A DNA stretch of 64,000 nt from Euprymna scolopes (Eukaryota), in the NCBI GenBank assembly GCA_053919585.1, contig CM132785.1, one strand, 5' to 3'. Shown piece by piece: positions 40,410 through 54,719 of the stretch. The position numbers were made by a program, and so were the translations under genes. Each line of letters opens with the position of its first letter. Position 1 is the first letter of the stretch. The notes under the pieces are model-generated. The model was not told the DNA's origin and did not search any database. It saw nothing but the letters and a program-made list of their open reading frames with translations.

Positions 40410-40542
40410 CTCAGTCAGGTGGGGCAATGACACTGGCCAACACATATTAAGCAACGTTGAGCCTAACCAGTACCAGATGGGTGACCATTCGACAAGGCTA
40501 GGCGCTTTATGTACTTTCTGAGAAGCACTCCCTTAAAAAAGA
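40410..40542 (+). mobile_element. Retroposon tail containing a 5S-derived segment
   Basis: TTAAGCAACGTTGAGCCT..CAGTAC..GATGGGTGACC (40447-40486) matches the 5S internal control region; A-rich end. Confidence 0.55.
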
Positions 40543-41415
40543 ACTTTTCGCTACTAATTTAAGGAGTTTTATTCCGGGAGTCATATACTTTTTCACATCA
40601 AATCAAGTTATTGATAAATTTGTTATTTCATACTTTTTAACTTTAAAATTAAGTGATCTACCTTCCTGTTTTGAATCCATTATCCCCATTTAAGTTACGC
40701 TTTATGAAAAAGTTGTTTTTCTATCCTAATTTCCTTTTTCTGGTTTACTTGCTTTTTGCAATCACTGGCAACACATACCGCCCCCTTCTACTTTATCTGA
40801 CTCGATCCCCCATATCAACGGGTTTTTACTCATTTCTTTTCATGAACAATGTGTTTGTTTACTCGTCATGCACCGTAACATTTCATGTTCGATTTCTTTA
40901 CGAACATATTAAGTTTTTCGATCGCTTGAACTCCTTTATTTTCCTATCCTGGTCTGTGATATGTTTTGATATTCTCATAATCGCTATTTTCTCCTGGTAA
41001 GGTTTTACCTTTTCCCTTTAAATAACTATACTTGGGTATGATGTACTAGTTTTCTAGGTCGTTATTTTTAAGAATAGTTTATCTTATTGCGAAGCGTAGT
41101 GTATGCAACAACGTTTTTCTACATGGCTTATAGCTTCATAATGACAACTGTAGAATTATTGTGGGTATGTTACTTAATCATTAATTAACAATGTGCTATA
41201 CAATGAGGGATGTAACTGGTCAGAAGTGGACACTTAGTAGTAAATAGACCTACCGATGGTAGAATGTTTGTGTTGTTTTCTGAGTCAAAATAGGGTTTAT
41301 TCTTTTAATGCAATGAAATCATTCGAAAGTCAGACAGTAAATGATAAAGCTGCATTATTTTACTTTCGTTGCAGATATTCGGAGCAAAAATAAAGCATAG
41401 GTAGATAATCTCTTA

Positions 41416-42820
41416 TACGACGTTGTTTAACCAATCCAAATGGTTGTTGCTATATTTGTGGGGGAATATACCTTGCACTCTAACAAGGGATGATGGAATT
41501 TGGGAAATGCATTGATAATCTTTGAGAATAGACAAAAGAAAGGATAGAAAGTCACCCCACTTTTGTAATCCAAATGATATGGCATGAATAGGAAAACTAT
41601 ATTAATGACTGCTATTTATGTGCATTTAAAATTGAAGGAATCAACAAAAATAACAGGAATTAGCTGATGTATCCAAACCTAAAGTCTACAATTAGGTCGA
41701 TTCCACACTGCCATAAAGTTCCTGTTTACGTGTTTAAAAGATGTCCTGTGTTAAAATCGCTTGAATCTGAACAGGACCAAACCCCTGCTTTATTTTATGA
41801 CAAGAGTCAAATTATTGTTAAAAATATCGGTTTTCCCTTTCTTCAATATAACTACTTTCAAGAAGAACTTAATGATCTTATTATATATCTTCCCATTTCT
41901 AAAGGATCCTCTGAATAATTAGCTTAAAGACTCAAACTAAAAATAAACTTCAGCCTTAAACTCGCATAAATTTCTAGAGAAAATGTAATGATATATTAAA
42001 TTATTACCGCGTTTCACTCAGGAAAATAACATAGTATATTGCATCGATTTTGATGGCCTTCTGCGGCAGCTTTGTGTCGAACAGAATGTCTCAAGATTGG
42101 CACCTTTTATAGATAGTTTAAAAAAATTAAACATGTTCTTCATCACAATGAAAATTATATAGATCAGTTTCTTAAGGCCATTCAGCGACACTCCAAGAAG
42201 AATATGATGAAATCAAACTTGTTCTAAAAACGATAAGACACGGACGGAAGCAATGGATCATATGCCAATATTTGAAAATTGTTGGAAGGTTACTACACAA
42301 AATGTACCAGCATTTTGTGTTTAAGGGATTGTAAGTTAAGAACAAAGCACGGGATAATAAAAGAGTGGCTTGTGTGCAATGCACTGAGTCTTGGCTCTTA
42401 ATATTCTGGTGTCTTCTTACTTTGAGCATTCAAAAATTGCGTTTCCTCCTCTGCACATAATGTGTGCCATCATAACTCTGTTTTGAAGGCTCATGGGAAA
42501 TATGATGACCGTTTCAAACATATTTGCATGTAATAATTAGGCTTAACCACAGAGAAATCAAAAACTGTATTCTTTTATTTATCCCGGATTCTTAATTTAA
42601 CGAATGGCGCAGATGTATTTTTTTTTAATTCTACAGAATTGAGGGTATGCACAGCATTTACGAAGGTAGTAAAATGAACCCCAACGCCCAACTACAAACA
42701 ACTTTACCCAAAAGTTTCAAGGAACTGGGTGCAAATATAAGCACTAATTTACATTTTTTGCGCAACCACCTTGCCCGTTTTCTAGAAAACCTAGGTAATG
42801 TGAGCGACGAGCAGGTGTCG
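41416..42820 (+). mobile_element. Degenerate Chapaev3-like (CMC) transposase
   Basis: RRCLTNPNGCCYIC zinc finger, DCYLC, YPNLKSTIRSIPH, QEELNDLI, FIDS, FPPLHI, LGANISTNLHFLRNHLARFLENLGNVSDEQ. Confidence 0.75.
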
Positions 42821-43202
42821 AATATATGTTTTTGTGCTTACTGTTAAGTTTCTTATCTTATTGTAATATCAAATAATTTTCTTGTGCACTCATTAAGTAT
42901 CCGCATTTCATTTTATTTCTAAATTAACTTTTATTGTGAGTTTACACAACCCGTACATGCAATCCTGATAATAACTTTGTGAACTTCCCATAAAATTCAG
43001 AAAAATCTAAACATTTGAAAAAGCAACACGAGATGTTAACTCTAGAGTAATCTATAATTGATTGATTGAAACATACTCATGATTGTGTTGCAATATTCCA
43101 ATATTAATGCAAACATAAATAAAAGAAGATATATGCTTTATTTGTATAGAAAACTCTTGTATAAACCTCGTTATGAATTAATCTTCGAGTATTTTCACTC
43201 AG

Positions 43203-43203
<1 letters not shown>

Positions 43204-43280
<77 letters not shown>
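43204..43280. repeat. (AAT)n microsatellite at the 3' end of the R4/Dong-like element
   Basis: Pure trinucleotide run. Confidence 0.95.
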
Positions 43281-45215
43281 TCTGATTTCCTTTATCAACA
43301 TCTCCCTGAAAAGATATGGGATTCATTTCCAGAGGATTTCCCTCAATCCAAACTAGGAGCTTCAAAGATCAAGGGCTTCCCTAAGGATGTTTGTAGTACC
43401 TACTATAGCAGAGCTCTGCGGACCGCCTGTCCTTCCACATGATTAGATACTAATCATAGCGTACCAACCACGACCGGGATTATTTGTTTTAACTCTATGT
43501 ATACGACTTATCGCCTAAGCTAAATGGAGCACAGTTGCCCCATTTCTCGTTCCTCTACTCTCACAAATTTCTGTCCCAGGGAACTGAGACGTTGGCAATC
43601 TGCTATTTTTTTTAGATTTGTCAACGACGACAAAATCCGGCCGATTATGTTCCATTAGCTTAGTCGTTATGACACTTTTATCCCACCACATATCTACATT
43701 GCTAACATCCTTTGTTCTCACGTCATTAGAAACCTCCTCAAACCACTTTCCAGCACACGTCACCCCAATTTTCTTACAGACCTTCCAATATATCCGGAGT
43801 TCCAAGTGATCGTGTCTTTTGCAGTACTCTGTATGGGCCAATCCACTTCCTCCTTCTGCAAGGTGTGCAAGGAACTCTGATGTTTTACCGTAAATCCGGC
43901 ATTCTGCGACAATGTTCTCTCCTAGAATCACTTTTTTGAACAGTCATGTTCCTAATGCCTGCTCTTGTGCTGCACAAACAAAAGCTTCAGTACTCTTAGC
44001 CAGATACCCAGCTCTAAACCATTGCCATGAACATTTCATCAGCCACTTCTGCTATGTCCTGGAAAAACTCTCCGTTCATTTTCTTCCTAGCCAGTTTCTC
44101 TGCCCTTTCTTTATCCATACGTTTCACATACTCAGCCTTGGTATAACATACCTCCACTTCATTGGCTACAATCTTAAGCATTCACTCCTCACTTCTAACC
44201 ACATGTTCCTTCGCCGACATCGCCTTAGATCTAACACGATCTTTTACACTTTTCAATCCTCTCCAACGGTTTATCTTCTTTTCATACAGCCTAGCTACGC
44301 TACTTCGAATGTGAAATATACCAAACATTCCTAATCCTTTTCTTGTTTCGATATCCATGGCATGCAAATCCTTGTCAGACAATTCTAAACTTCCCGTACT
44401 TTATCTCAAAACACTCACTGCCCATGCATTCACCGCTTTCATTAGGTTTCCTCCATACAGTTTCACTCTTCTAAGATACTCCTTCCTGATCTTTACTTTC
44501 ATCTCTATGTTCATGATGCCTACACTATCCAGCACTTCCAAATACTTATACCCTATATCTTCTATTTCTTTCATGATTCCTCAATTTGGCAGCACTATTC
44601 TATTCGAATGAAACATCCCTCCCCTTTTGATCACCAGCAACGCACATTTACTAGTTCCAAACTCCATCCCGATATCTTCCGAGTATGTCCCTACGATTCT
44701 ACCAATTATTCTATTTCCATCTCATTTTTACCGAATATATTGAAATCCTCCATAAAAAGTATATGATCGAGGCGTCTACCACCCGATCCAAAGTTATACC
44801 CCAGATGTTCTTTCTTCAAGAGGATTTTCAGTGGCATCCTTAACATTACAAAAAGAAGTGGAGATAACGAATCTCCTTGGGATATTCCACGTTTAATGCT
44901 AACCTGCGTGACCTCCATACTGTTAACTGTCAGCACATTTCTCCAGTAAGAAATACTTGTCTGCAAAAGCCCTATCACATCCTCAGCAATCTTCACCATC
45001 GATAGTGTTTCACGAGTCCATGAATGAAGCATTGTTGTAACTGATCCATGCTACATTCAGAGTCCTCTTCTTCCTCTTTCAATCCTGCATTACTGCCTTA
45101 TCAATAATGAATTGCTCCCCTGTCGCCCTCGAACCTTACCGTCACTCTTTCTGTTCATCAGGGAAAGCATCATTACTCACAAGAAGCACATAGATTTTTT
45201 TTCCAGGCAACGCCA
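43281..45215 (-). mobile_element. 5'-truncated R4/Dong-like non-LTR retrotransposon (RT plus restriction-like endonuclease), inactivated
   Basis: RGISQGDSLSPLLF...HILFMED (RT), YKYL, KRHD and NRPDFVVVD (REL endonuclease), C-terminal SAIVGTTNILR; multiple frameshifts. Confidence 0.85.
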
Positions 45216-45255
45216 GATGCTGATTCTGGCTGTACTATGTTGTATATAAATATAT

Positions 45256-46720
45256 ATACAGCGTTACTTAACGGTTGAAAATATTTGTTATTTTACCATT
45301 AATGGTTGCTTTTCTCTATTTCAGATATTTTACAGATAATATTTTGGAAATTAATTATGGATAATACTGTATTAAGCAACGCAGCAAAATTCTGAAATTG
45401 TTTTACAAAAATGAGAGGTCAATTGTTTTGACTCAAATAATTTATCGACGGCATGTTTCATGTAAGAGATAGCCACAACACAATTCGAAATATTTTGCGC
45501 CGATTCAAAGATTATTTGATCTTTTTTGAGGTGGTAGACCTCGAAATGTAATCACGAATGAAAATATGAACAGAGTGACAGAAAGCGTGGAGCAGCATCC
45601 TGAAATCGATTCAACGACGTTCCACACAACTTAAAATATATCGAAGTTAAATACACAAGATTCTGCAATTTTTTAAACTCTTTCCTTATAAAGCGCAGCT
45701 TGTTCAACACTTGAAGCCTGGAGATTTTCAAACAAGGATTCAAATAAAATCTTGTCCAAAATAACCTCAATTTTCTGCCAAGAGTAGATTCTGTTAGATA
45801 AAGCCAGCTTCCATTTGAATGAATACGGTAACAAACACAATTACAGATTTTGGGGTTGTTAAGTTTTGAGACACTGTGTTGAACAAAGATGGCGGCGTAG
45901 TTCAGACCAGTAACCAAGATGGCGGCCAAGAATCAAATGCGGTCCGTGGCGTAGTTAACGGCGAACTGATTGAATTCAAAATTCGACAATGTTTATAATT
46001 TTGAAATGTTTTCATTCGTTGTTTAGCACAGCCGGTGTTTATTAAAATGATTGGCGAATCCATGCGTCGTATACCCCCTCTAGTCAAAAACATTTCACAG
46101 GGGTAATTAAAGTCCAAGAGCAATTAATCAAAAGCAGTTGCATCCCATATAGTGCAGTCGATGCTGCGAAGTAACGGAGGAGAAATTATTAACCTTATAT
46201 GTTTAAGATCAAGACGACAAAGCTGTCACTGTTGCTGGATAGAGATACCGAACTATGATTACAGACTTTCTATGTCCACACGTTTAAAATATGCCCTGAT
46301 TATGGTTCCAACAAACTATGGCAACGGAACATATAGCGAGAGACACTATGGAGCTCTCGGACAGTTATTTGACGACAACATTATCTCTCGCTACTGCAAT
46401 GTCAAATGACCACCGTTATGTCTACACCTGACTTGCCCTTACTTTTTTATGGAGATATCGTAAAGAGTTTATGTCAAAAAACACTAAACCTTGCAAAAAT
46501 TGAAGGAAAACATTAGGAACGAAATTAGCGGCTTAACTCATAATCAAGACATACTGCAAATTGTTATAAATTATTTTTGGTAAAGGGCACACATATGCGA
46601 AGCTGGAAAAGTGTAAGATTTAAGACATTATTATTCATTAATAAAACATGTTTGAATTTTGCCTCTTATTAACAAATAATTCCCAATGTCTCAGTCATAT
46701 TGTGTTACAATTACAAAATA
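45256..46720 (+). mobile_element. Degenerate DD41D-like mariner, interrupted by an insertion
   Basis: KQRSKILKLFYKNERS, SFHLNEYGNKHNYRFWG, QLHP, AVTV..RYRTMITDFL, WFQQ and a WPP-like motif; ends approximate. Confidence 0.75.
45863..46106. mobile_element. 244-bp insertion flanked by TTAA
   Basis: Splits transposase FWG/SPRAINQKQLHP; TTAA at 45859-62 and 46107-10; two AAGATGGCGGC motifs inside. Confidence 0.55.
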
Positions 46721-47675
46721 TATCATTTAAAAAGAATATATTTACGGTTTAAACTTTCAGTGATATTTTGAACACACTGTATACTTTTGTCTGCATGTGT
46801 GCATAATAATTTTTTACTGCTTAAAATACAGGCACTTTGTAGTACCATTAGTAGAATTAGTGGTAGTAATAAGAAATTACACCCATAATATATAATAAAC
46901 CTTAATGGTTTTAATAATTTTACGATCCAATAGATCTTTATGTCCATACACATTGCTGGCTAATAGTATTACCTTATTTAAAAATATAAAACTATGTTTA
47001 CAAATACAAAAGAATAAAAGAAAGTAAATCAAGATTAAAAAATATTACATGAACTGAGTTATCATTTAGATAAAGAAATGGATGGTAAGAAGGTAATATG
47101 TTTGGTACGTTAAACATATGAGTATATATGTCAACATTTCTGTTTGTTCAGATAGTAAATATCAGCAACTCACGGATAAAGTTTTTTTATCATTACTAAA
47201 ACAAAATTAAAAAAAAAAAACTAATAATCGTTCTGTCAGACAAATACTAAGATGACTAAAAAAATATTTACTAAATAGTCGCATAGACTTTTCTGTATAG
47301 CTTACTACACACCAAGATCCAGCGGCTGCAATTAATAGAATGTATGTCAAATAATAACTAGACATTTTAAACGCCATGTTCTCATAACTAGAAGTACGAC
47401 GATTGACGAGAAAACATATATAAACAACGATGTAAAAGTTATCACTGTGACATTCTGTGTTAAGACAAATATTGGTGCTTTTATAGGAGCCGTGCGTATA
47501 AAGTCACCTACAACCAAGAAACATGTGCTGTTTAAAAGTCTACTTTACAATTCTGTTCTTCTTATTATTTATACTAAGCTTTACTACCCTACGTGAATGT
47601 ATTGAGCGTTTTCATTTGGTTGGGATTAAGATATAAATATCTATATAAATATTTCGTGTTTAATTTTCATTTCTT

Positions 47676-47712
<37 letters not shown>

Positions 47713-49194
47713 TATGTATATATATATGTATATATATATATAGAGAGAGAGAGAGGAGAGGGAGAGAGAGTGAGGGAAAGGGAGATCGGAAAGAGAGTGC
47801 ACAGGGACAGACACAGAGAGTTTGATAAATAAAAACGAGAGAGAGACAGAGACAGAGAGAGTTAGATAGGTTCATATGTTTTTCTTATTTTGAGATGTGT
47901 GTGATTATCATACAGCTCATACCCTATTCATCTATGTTGTTTCATATTAACGAATGATTAAAAAATTGGCATACATTTTCTATTCTCAATAATTTTATTT
48001 CGACGTTAAACGATATTTACTATCAAAATTCTGTAATGAACTTATATTGTCATCTTACTTTTTTATTTCGTTGTTGAACGCGTGACTTGTCTAAACGTTG
48101 CACGTAAAACATTTCGTCTTACTTAGAACAATACACCTTTTTTATAAAATATTTTTGCGACGTTTTGTTTAATATATACTTAACACAATGTGCCTGTAAA
48201 AAGTCTACTATGATTTTACGTATTTCAATATTGGTAAAAAAATAATTGGATAATACTACTATAGACTTTACAAAAATCAATACATTTCAATTCTAGGTAT
48301 AAATCAACGCTGTATTTTCGTTGAATAATTCTTCCAAGACTAACAATGGAGGATCAAATTAGCAAGTATTTGTTTCCAGTCTTGAGATATGTAAGTTCCA
48401 GACTGTTCTTCCAATTTTTGGCGAAAGAAACCCGGATAATTTACGAATAAGTCTTATATTATATGATTCAAGTCCACAATCTTCGTCCTCACTGCTATAG
48501 CCTTCCATGGCTGGTTGTACTCCAAACATAAGCAGTGGTATGATTTAAAAAAAAAAGATATATTGATAGCATTTCGTTACATGAAATGTGTGTCTATATT
48601 TTCGCTGTAAGTGTTATCAATAACTTTCATAACACTTTCATAACCACATTTGGCTTGTCGAAATAGATGTAATCATATAGACATTGTTATATTCATGCAG
48701 ACTGTATAATATATTATATCATATTTTCAACGACTTTACCTAAACAGCTTTTTTATTATTGTTAATTGAGCGATGCAGTATAAAAATATAGGAGTTCTAG
48801 ACTCTCGAGAGAAAACGTAAGATTATATATAAACAATTCACCTAAAACAAAATGTCATATATGCTTTCGATACATGATTTTACGATCGAGGAAGTTATTA
48901 AACGAGATGATCATCGATAGAAGCACACAACAGTATACCAAATTAGAAACGACTGCCAGATCTCAGATGAATATCGTGATTGATAAGATTAATGCAGATA
49001 TGTGGTTTGATATCATTAATGATAACGAATTCGTCCATTTATGCACAATAGCTAATATCGATATTCGCAGACAGAAAACATTTGACAAGTTTATGATGTA
49101 CTGGCAGTCTTAATCAGCTAGACTAAAGGTATGGCATGTTTTTTTTTGCTTAATTATCATTTATATTCTAGTACTACTTTTAATTTATGTAGAA

Positions 49195-49320
49195 ATACAA
49201 CTACTACTACAACTACAATAACAACAAGAACAACGACAACCACAACAACTACTACTACAACTACAATAACAACAACAGCTACTACTACTAATAATACTAC
49301 TAATAATACTACTAATAATA
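49195..49320. repeat. Compound (ACT/ACA/AAT)n low-complexity tract
   Basis: Direct inspection; explains the poly-Thr ORF. Confidence 0.9.
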
Positions 49321-52300
49321 GCAAATGGAAGAAATGATGTTAATAATACTATTAATAATAAAATATTATTAATAACTTGGCATGATCATAGTTTTCCCTA
49401 CAGAAAATTTTTTACTAAATATTCAAATTCACTTATTACCCGTGGCACAACAAATATATTACCAGTATGAATAACCTACGAGGATAGCTGCACTTTTCCC
49501 CAGTATTGTCACCAATAATAATTACACGAAACTGCATACTCTACCGACCTCGATAAATTAGTTATCTTGAATTCAGTAAAACCACGAGCAACAATAAAGA
49601 TCTACGATAACATACTTAAATGGTCAATTGGGGAAAGTAAAAGTGTGCTCTCAATTCTTTTACTATCTTGAAAAGGAGGACTTTAATGAAGTACTTAAAT
49701 ATCTATACGATATATCACATACAGATAAAGTTTTAAACTTCAATCGTCTTATTGATTTCTGAGAACTTGGATATAAGTACAATGGAACAGAAAACAGTTT
49801 TGTGAGGTACCATTTGTTGCTTATACTAGTAGATGTTATAAGGATTTCTTCATTAATTTTATTATTAATTAATGTATGTAAAAATTTAGTGATTAAAAAA
49901 GGGTGGGCTAATAGAGCACATGGTGTAGTCCAGATATTGTAAATTATGCTTAATTTAACATGTCAATAGCCGAATATAGGCCAATGCTTGGGTGATATTC
50001 GTGATACTAACATCAACTGAAATTAGAATTTAACCATCACTACTGAAACTATTTTTTTTTCTGATCGAAGTATACATCATCAGAATGTAAGTTTAATAGT
50101 TTGCGTTATTTATTGCCTCATGATCTGGGGTTGCTTACACATCACCCGAACGTTCTGAAAATACTAACATATTTCCGGACTAAAATCTAATCGTTCAGCT
50201 ATATTAATATAACCTTTATCAAATAGATTTTTACATAAATCAACCTCAAGATATACAACGTAATTTGTGGAATGTGAACTAGATTAAAATCTAGAGATAA
50301 TAATAACTGTGTCTATAGGGTTCCCCAGTAACAAATGAATACACAATATAGGAAAAAAATGCGACAAGAAGCAAATGAGATTATTAAATATGTTTTTAAA
50401 TATTCTGTTATCGTCACATTGTTAAACATTTTTCTAAATGTAATACCTCAATTTTGTAATCGCACAAATGTCAGCATCGCAATATATTTTGCTTCGTTTG
50501 AAGTATATTAAAGCTCAATTCATCATAAACACTTAGCGTTCGCAGTCATGATGAGGAAATTCAGTAAAGTCTATAATCTTTTCATATGATTGTTAACGTG
50601 TGTGCACGCCGCTATTAAACATAAAACTCAGTTGCTAGCACATAATAATGCTTTTAAGTCTATCTCATTAATGTATACTCGTTCGAGTATCCCATCTTAT
50701 AAGAGATGCAACGTCCTGAAATATGTATTCGCAGCCAAATAGAAAAGGCTAAAAGGGTATTGATTGATAGGAGCTTTGTTCTCTTGTGATCCAATTATCT
50801 TTATTTTGGTCGATGGGTACAGTGTAATTTCCTTCTCCTGTCATTTGTGGCGTCAGGTGATTCATTTTACCCGTAACAAACGAGGTCTGGCCGTACGAGT
50901 CGAACATATTGCCTCGCAGTTATTTTTACCACTAATGCAGTATAGAGTTCTACATTAATAAGTTTAATAAAAGTGTCGTCCAAAAGTGGACCCCGATGAA
51001 ATGTAGCGCACTTTCTTTTTTTTAGTCTTTTTCCATTATGAATATCTAATTAGAGACATCTAATACTAGAAGAATAATAATGGGGAAAAGAGTAATATCA
51101 GTGTTCGAGAAATTTCGTTAAAATATCCACTTCACTAAATCTATACATGTTGAGTGTGGCATACGCTGCTGCAATAGGTATAAGCATGGATTAATGGCTC
51201 GGCTTGAAGTGTTCTGGTGCATTGAGGGTATGGATAAAATATTACAATGGACAAGCCTCGTATTTTGGTAAAGAACAAAATAATTTCGAAATACGAAAGC
51301 CGTTCCAAAAGTAAAACTTTCTATTTTTTTAACTTGGAAACAATAACGGTTGAAGAGCTATGAGTTATATGAGGAGAACGAGCAAATATTTGTACTCCAG
51401 GATGTATTTTCAACACAGTAAACACCATTTTTAGTTCACGTTAGCTAACCTGTTTTTACTATTCTTCACACTAGACAAGTCGATGTTGACGTAATCGATT
51501 TCTATATGATAGAAGTTGAGCAGTAAGATGTTTCATCACAGCGTAGGATTTGATGTTTGTCGGGTTACTCTGCGTTATTTTCGTCGAAGGGATACAACTT
51601 CGTTGAGTTAATCGGAGCACATATTTGTAAAAAAAGGTTCAGGAATGCAACATTTCCTCTACGGACCGATGGTTAAAACGAGGTTGCAATTGTGTGACGT
51701 ATTAGATTGGTGACCCCTTTTTTAAACTGTGTCGAACAGCGAGAGACTAGTGTCAGCTGTACGAACTCGGATGCGACAACAATACTCCGTCCATGGGTGA
51801 ATAGTGTTTTTTTTTTTAATATACTGGATACTTTTAGGTTTAAGTATTCTTCTGTTACGTGACACACGTTTACACATATGTTAATATATTGACACGCGGG
51901 ACTCAAAACGTTTTAGACTCTGTCGCAAGGAATATACGGCAAGGATAACTCGACTCCCCTTTTCCCAGTTGAACAACAGAACGTTTATATCCACTTTTAA
52001 ACGTGATATCCCTTACATAAGCATTGGTCTGCGCACACGATGTTTTTATCATCCTTGATGTTTTCCTTGCAATGACATCATCTCGCAAACGGCTCGGTCA
52101 TTTGCACATAGTTGCCATACACGCGTCCACGCCCTGTTACACTTCCAGCAGGGTGAAAGAGACTTTTCTTTGCATCAACCTTGGAAATGGCGTCAATGTA
52201 TTTATTTCAATTGTTGAAGCATTAAATCGTACATCATTAGCAGACGTGTGTTTGAGAGTGTTACTTGTAATTATTAAATGAAAGGGAGGTTAGTATTAGC

Positions 52301-52409
52301 AAAATGTATGTATAATCCATTTACCTCCCCTATTCTACTACGGAGTAAGGGTTTGTCTCTAAAATCTTAGCCTTTTCTTTAGATATATGTCTATTCTTTT
52401 TTACTCTTC

Positions 52410-52545
52410 AGTATGTTCGAGAGCGTTGTGTCATCAGTATGCCTCCCCATTCTAGAAACAATATTGTCAGGAAAGAAATTTACGAATATCAGGGATAATA
52501 TTTGTGAAAGGCTCGACCTCTGGGGCACACCCACATTAATATCAT
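52410..52545 (-). mobile_element. Old LINE RT remnant
   Basis: INVGVPQRSSLSQILSLIFVNFFPDNIVSRMGRHTDDTTL (GVPQGS...YADD equivalent). Confidence 0.7.
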
Positions 52546-53969
52546 GTCGTTATCAAGTACAAACATTAAAGACAATCTGGGGGTTTTGCTTATTTTAGCA
52601 GGTTTTGATAGCGTAACGTTTGTACATTCCGCAGTGGCCTTCGTAACTCACATGTACATCACCTCTCTGAAATTCACGAAGCAATCTTGTAACTGTGTAG
52701 CCACCAATTACATTGACCTCGTAAACGTTCAACCACACTGATGAATTAAGCTCAGTTATTTATTTATTTTTTGTTTGCATGGTGAAATTTAATGAATCTT
52801 GTCTTTTGCCGTACTTCAAAAACAGTGGTTGATTTCGTAGACGCTCACACAGTCAATAATTGCAACGTTCATGGTCATTACTGCGTAGGGTAACCCATCA
52901 ATTTAATGCGATTGTAATATTCTGTGATTTATACAGGCAGAAGAAAAATAGGAGGCATTACTTTTGGACTAACATTTAATTCCAATCTGCACTTGTAGAG
53001 TTCAACAGTCTCCTTCCTCTTGCTATAACTCTCAAGCGATGCCAATTCTCTTAATGTAACGTTTGGATGTAAAACTCCTGCTTCATTATGGAGATTTCCT
53101 GCTAGTACTGTTACAAGGGTCCCTTAATCTTTCTTGACACTGAATGTCCAGTCCAGTAATTCACGAGTATAAAATTTTGGAGCAATATGAAACAATGCTA
53201 ACTGAAACAATAGTTATCATCGTTTTGCTTATTTAAGTATATATTTAAATACATTTAAGAGCAGACTAGTTTAATAATTCTTTAGAGTTCGTTGTTTGAA
53301 AAATTAATAGTTCTACTTGAAATAAATCGAGTGATTTTTACTTAAATATAGGCCATCGTGAAAATTATATCCATTATCAAATATTGTTAAAATATTTCTG
53401 TTATTAAAATTACTAAATTAAAAAAAAAAATGTTTGGCATTGTCTCCTTGCTTTGATTGGTAATAAAAGTATACTTGCCTCTGTTTAGATATTTATGAGA
53501 TAAATGACATATCGTCATCTAATATCACACCTCACATTATAATCGCATACACTAGGGCATGAATTCTCTATTTGCCAGATATTTGTCTGGTATGAAAGTA
53601 TACTATTCTAAAGAACAAACTTAAATACTCTAAAATTATAGGAAAAAGATAGTGAACATGGTAAAATAGAGATTATTCCTGCATTAGTCCGCTATATGCT
53701 AACATCTTTAAAATAACTTAGGCAATGTCGTTTAGGATGAAATCAAGACTACACAACATATACTAAAATAACTCCCCCTCACACACACACACACACACAC
53801 ACACACCAAACGAAGGACTGAACCAGCAGCCACTCTCATATACTTTAGATCCATGTTCACTTTTTTCGATATACACCCCTGAAAGGCTGGTGTATGCTTC
53901 AGTTTCGCATTCGTCTTCATTTTTATCTTATCAATCGGACGTGTTATCGGATATCATACGTTGGCAATC

Positions 53970-54006
<37 letters not shown>

Positions 54007-54719
54007 CAAACCTGCCTTACAAGATATACAAAATAATATAGTTCGCAAAAATAACACAAGTTCTGATATATTCTGTAGATCTCGAGTGTAATCTACATGT
54101 GTCTAATACGGTCAAAGTAAACGCATTTTCAAACGCTAACGTGCATATATTAATTTTCTGTCAAAATCATTATTATCAGTCGGTGGAAGTCTAAGAAGCT
54201 TATTTCAGATTCAGTAAAACTCTCTCGATTTCTGCAAATCGTAAACGGCTATCAACTGTTCCACACACGAAACTGATACCAAAGAAACTGTATATATTGA
54301 CCCAAAATTGCGAAATCAACGATCATTTCTAATTGTCTCTGCCATACCTCATTAATGGGCACTAAATAGTTATCGAATTACCATATCGGTCATTGTTGTG
54401 ACTATTCAAAGATTGACAACCGACTCGAAGGCGTTGTCCTGTCTCAAAAATTACAAAGTCATTTGTGCCCCCAATCTTTTGCTTACAAATCTAACTTTTC
54501 TTAGTGGAATCATTTTACTTATTGCTGAAGGATCCATCATATTACTATACCACATTACGCCGCTTCAACACTACATCGTATCACAATACAACATTACCCC
54601 CCTGAGATGAGCATTCAAAAAAAAACAAGAAAAATATTACTATTTCATAGTACAAAATATCCTTCCAGGAAATAAGGATTTTTTAAATATCATGAATATT
54701 TTTTTTTAAATGTTGTGAA

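Noticed and set aside
48874-49113. 79-aa non-repetitive ORF
   Set aside because: No recognisable domain or convincing splice context; the length is attainable by chance.
49131-49337. Mucin-like poly-Thr ORF
   Set aside because: Trinucleotide microsatellite.
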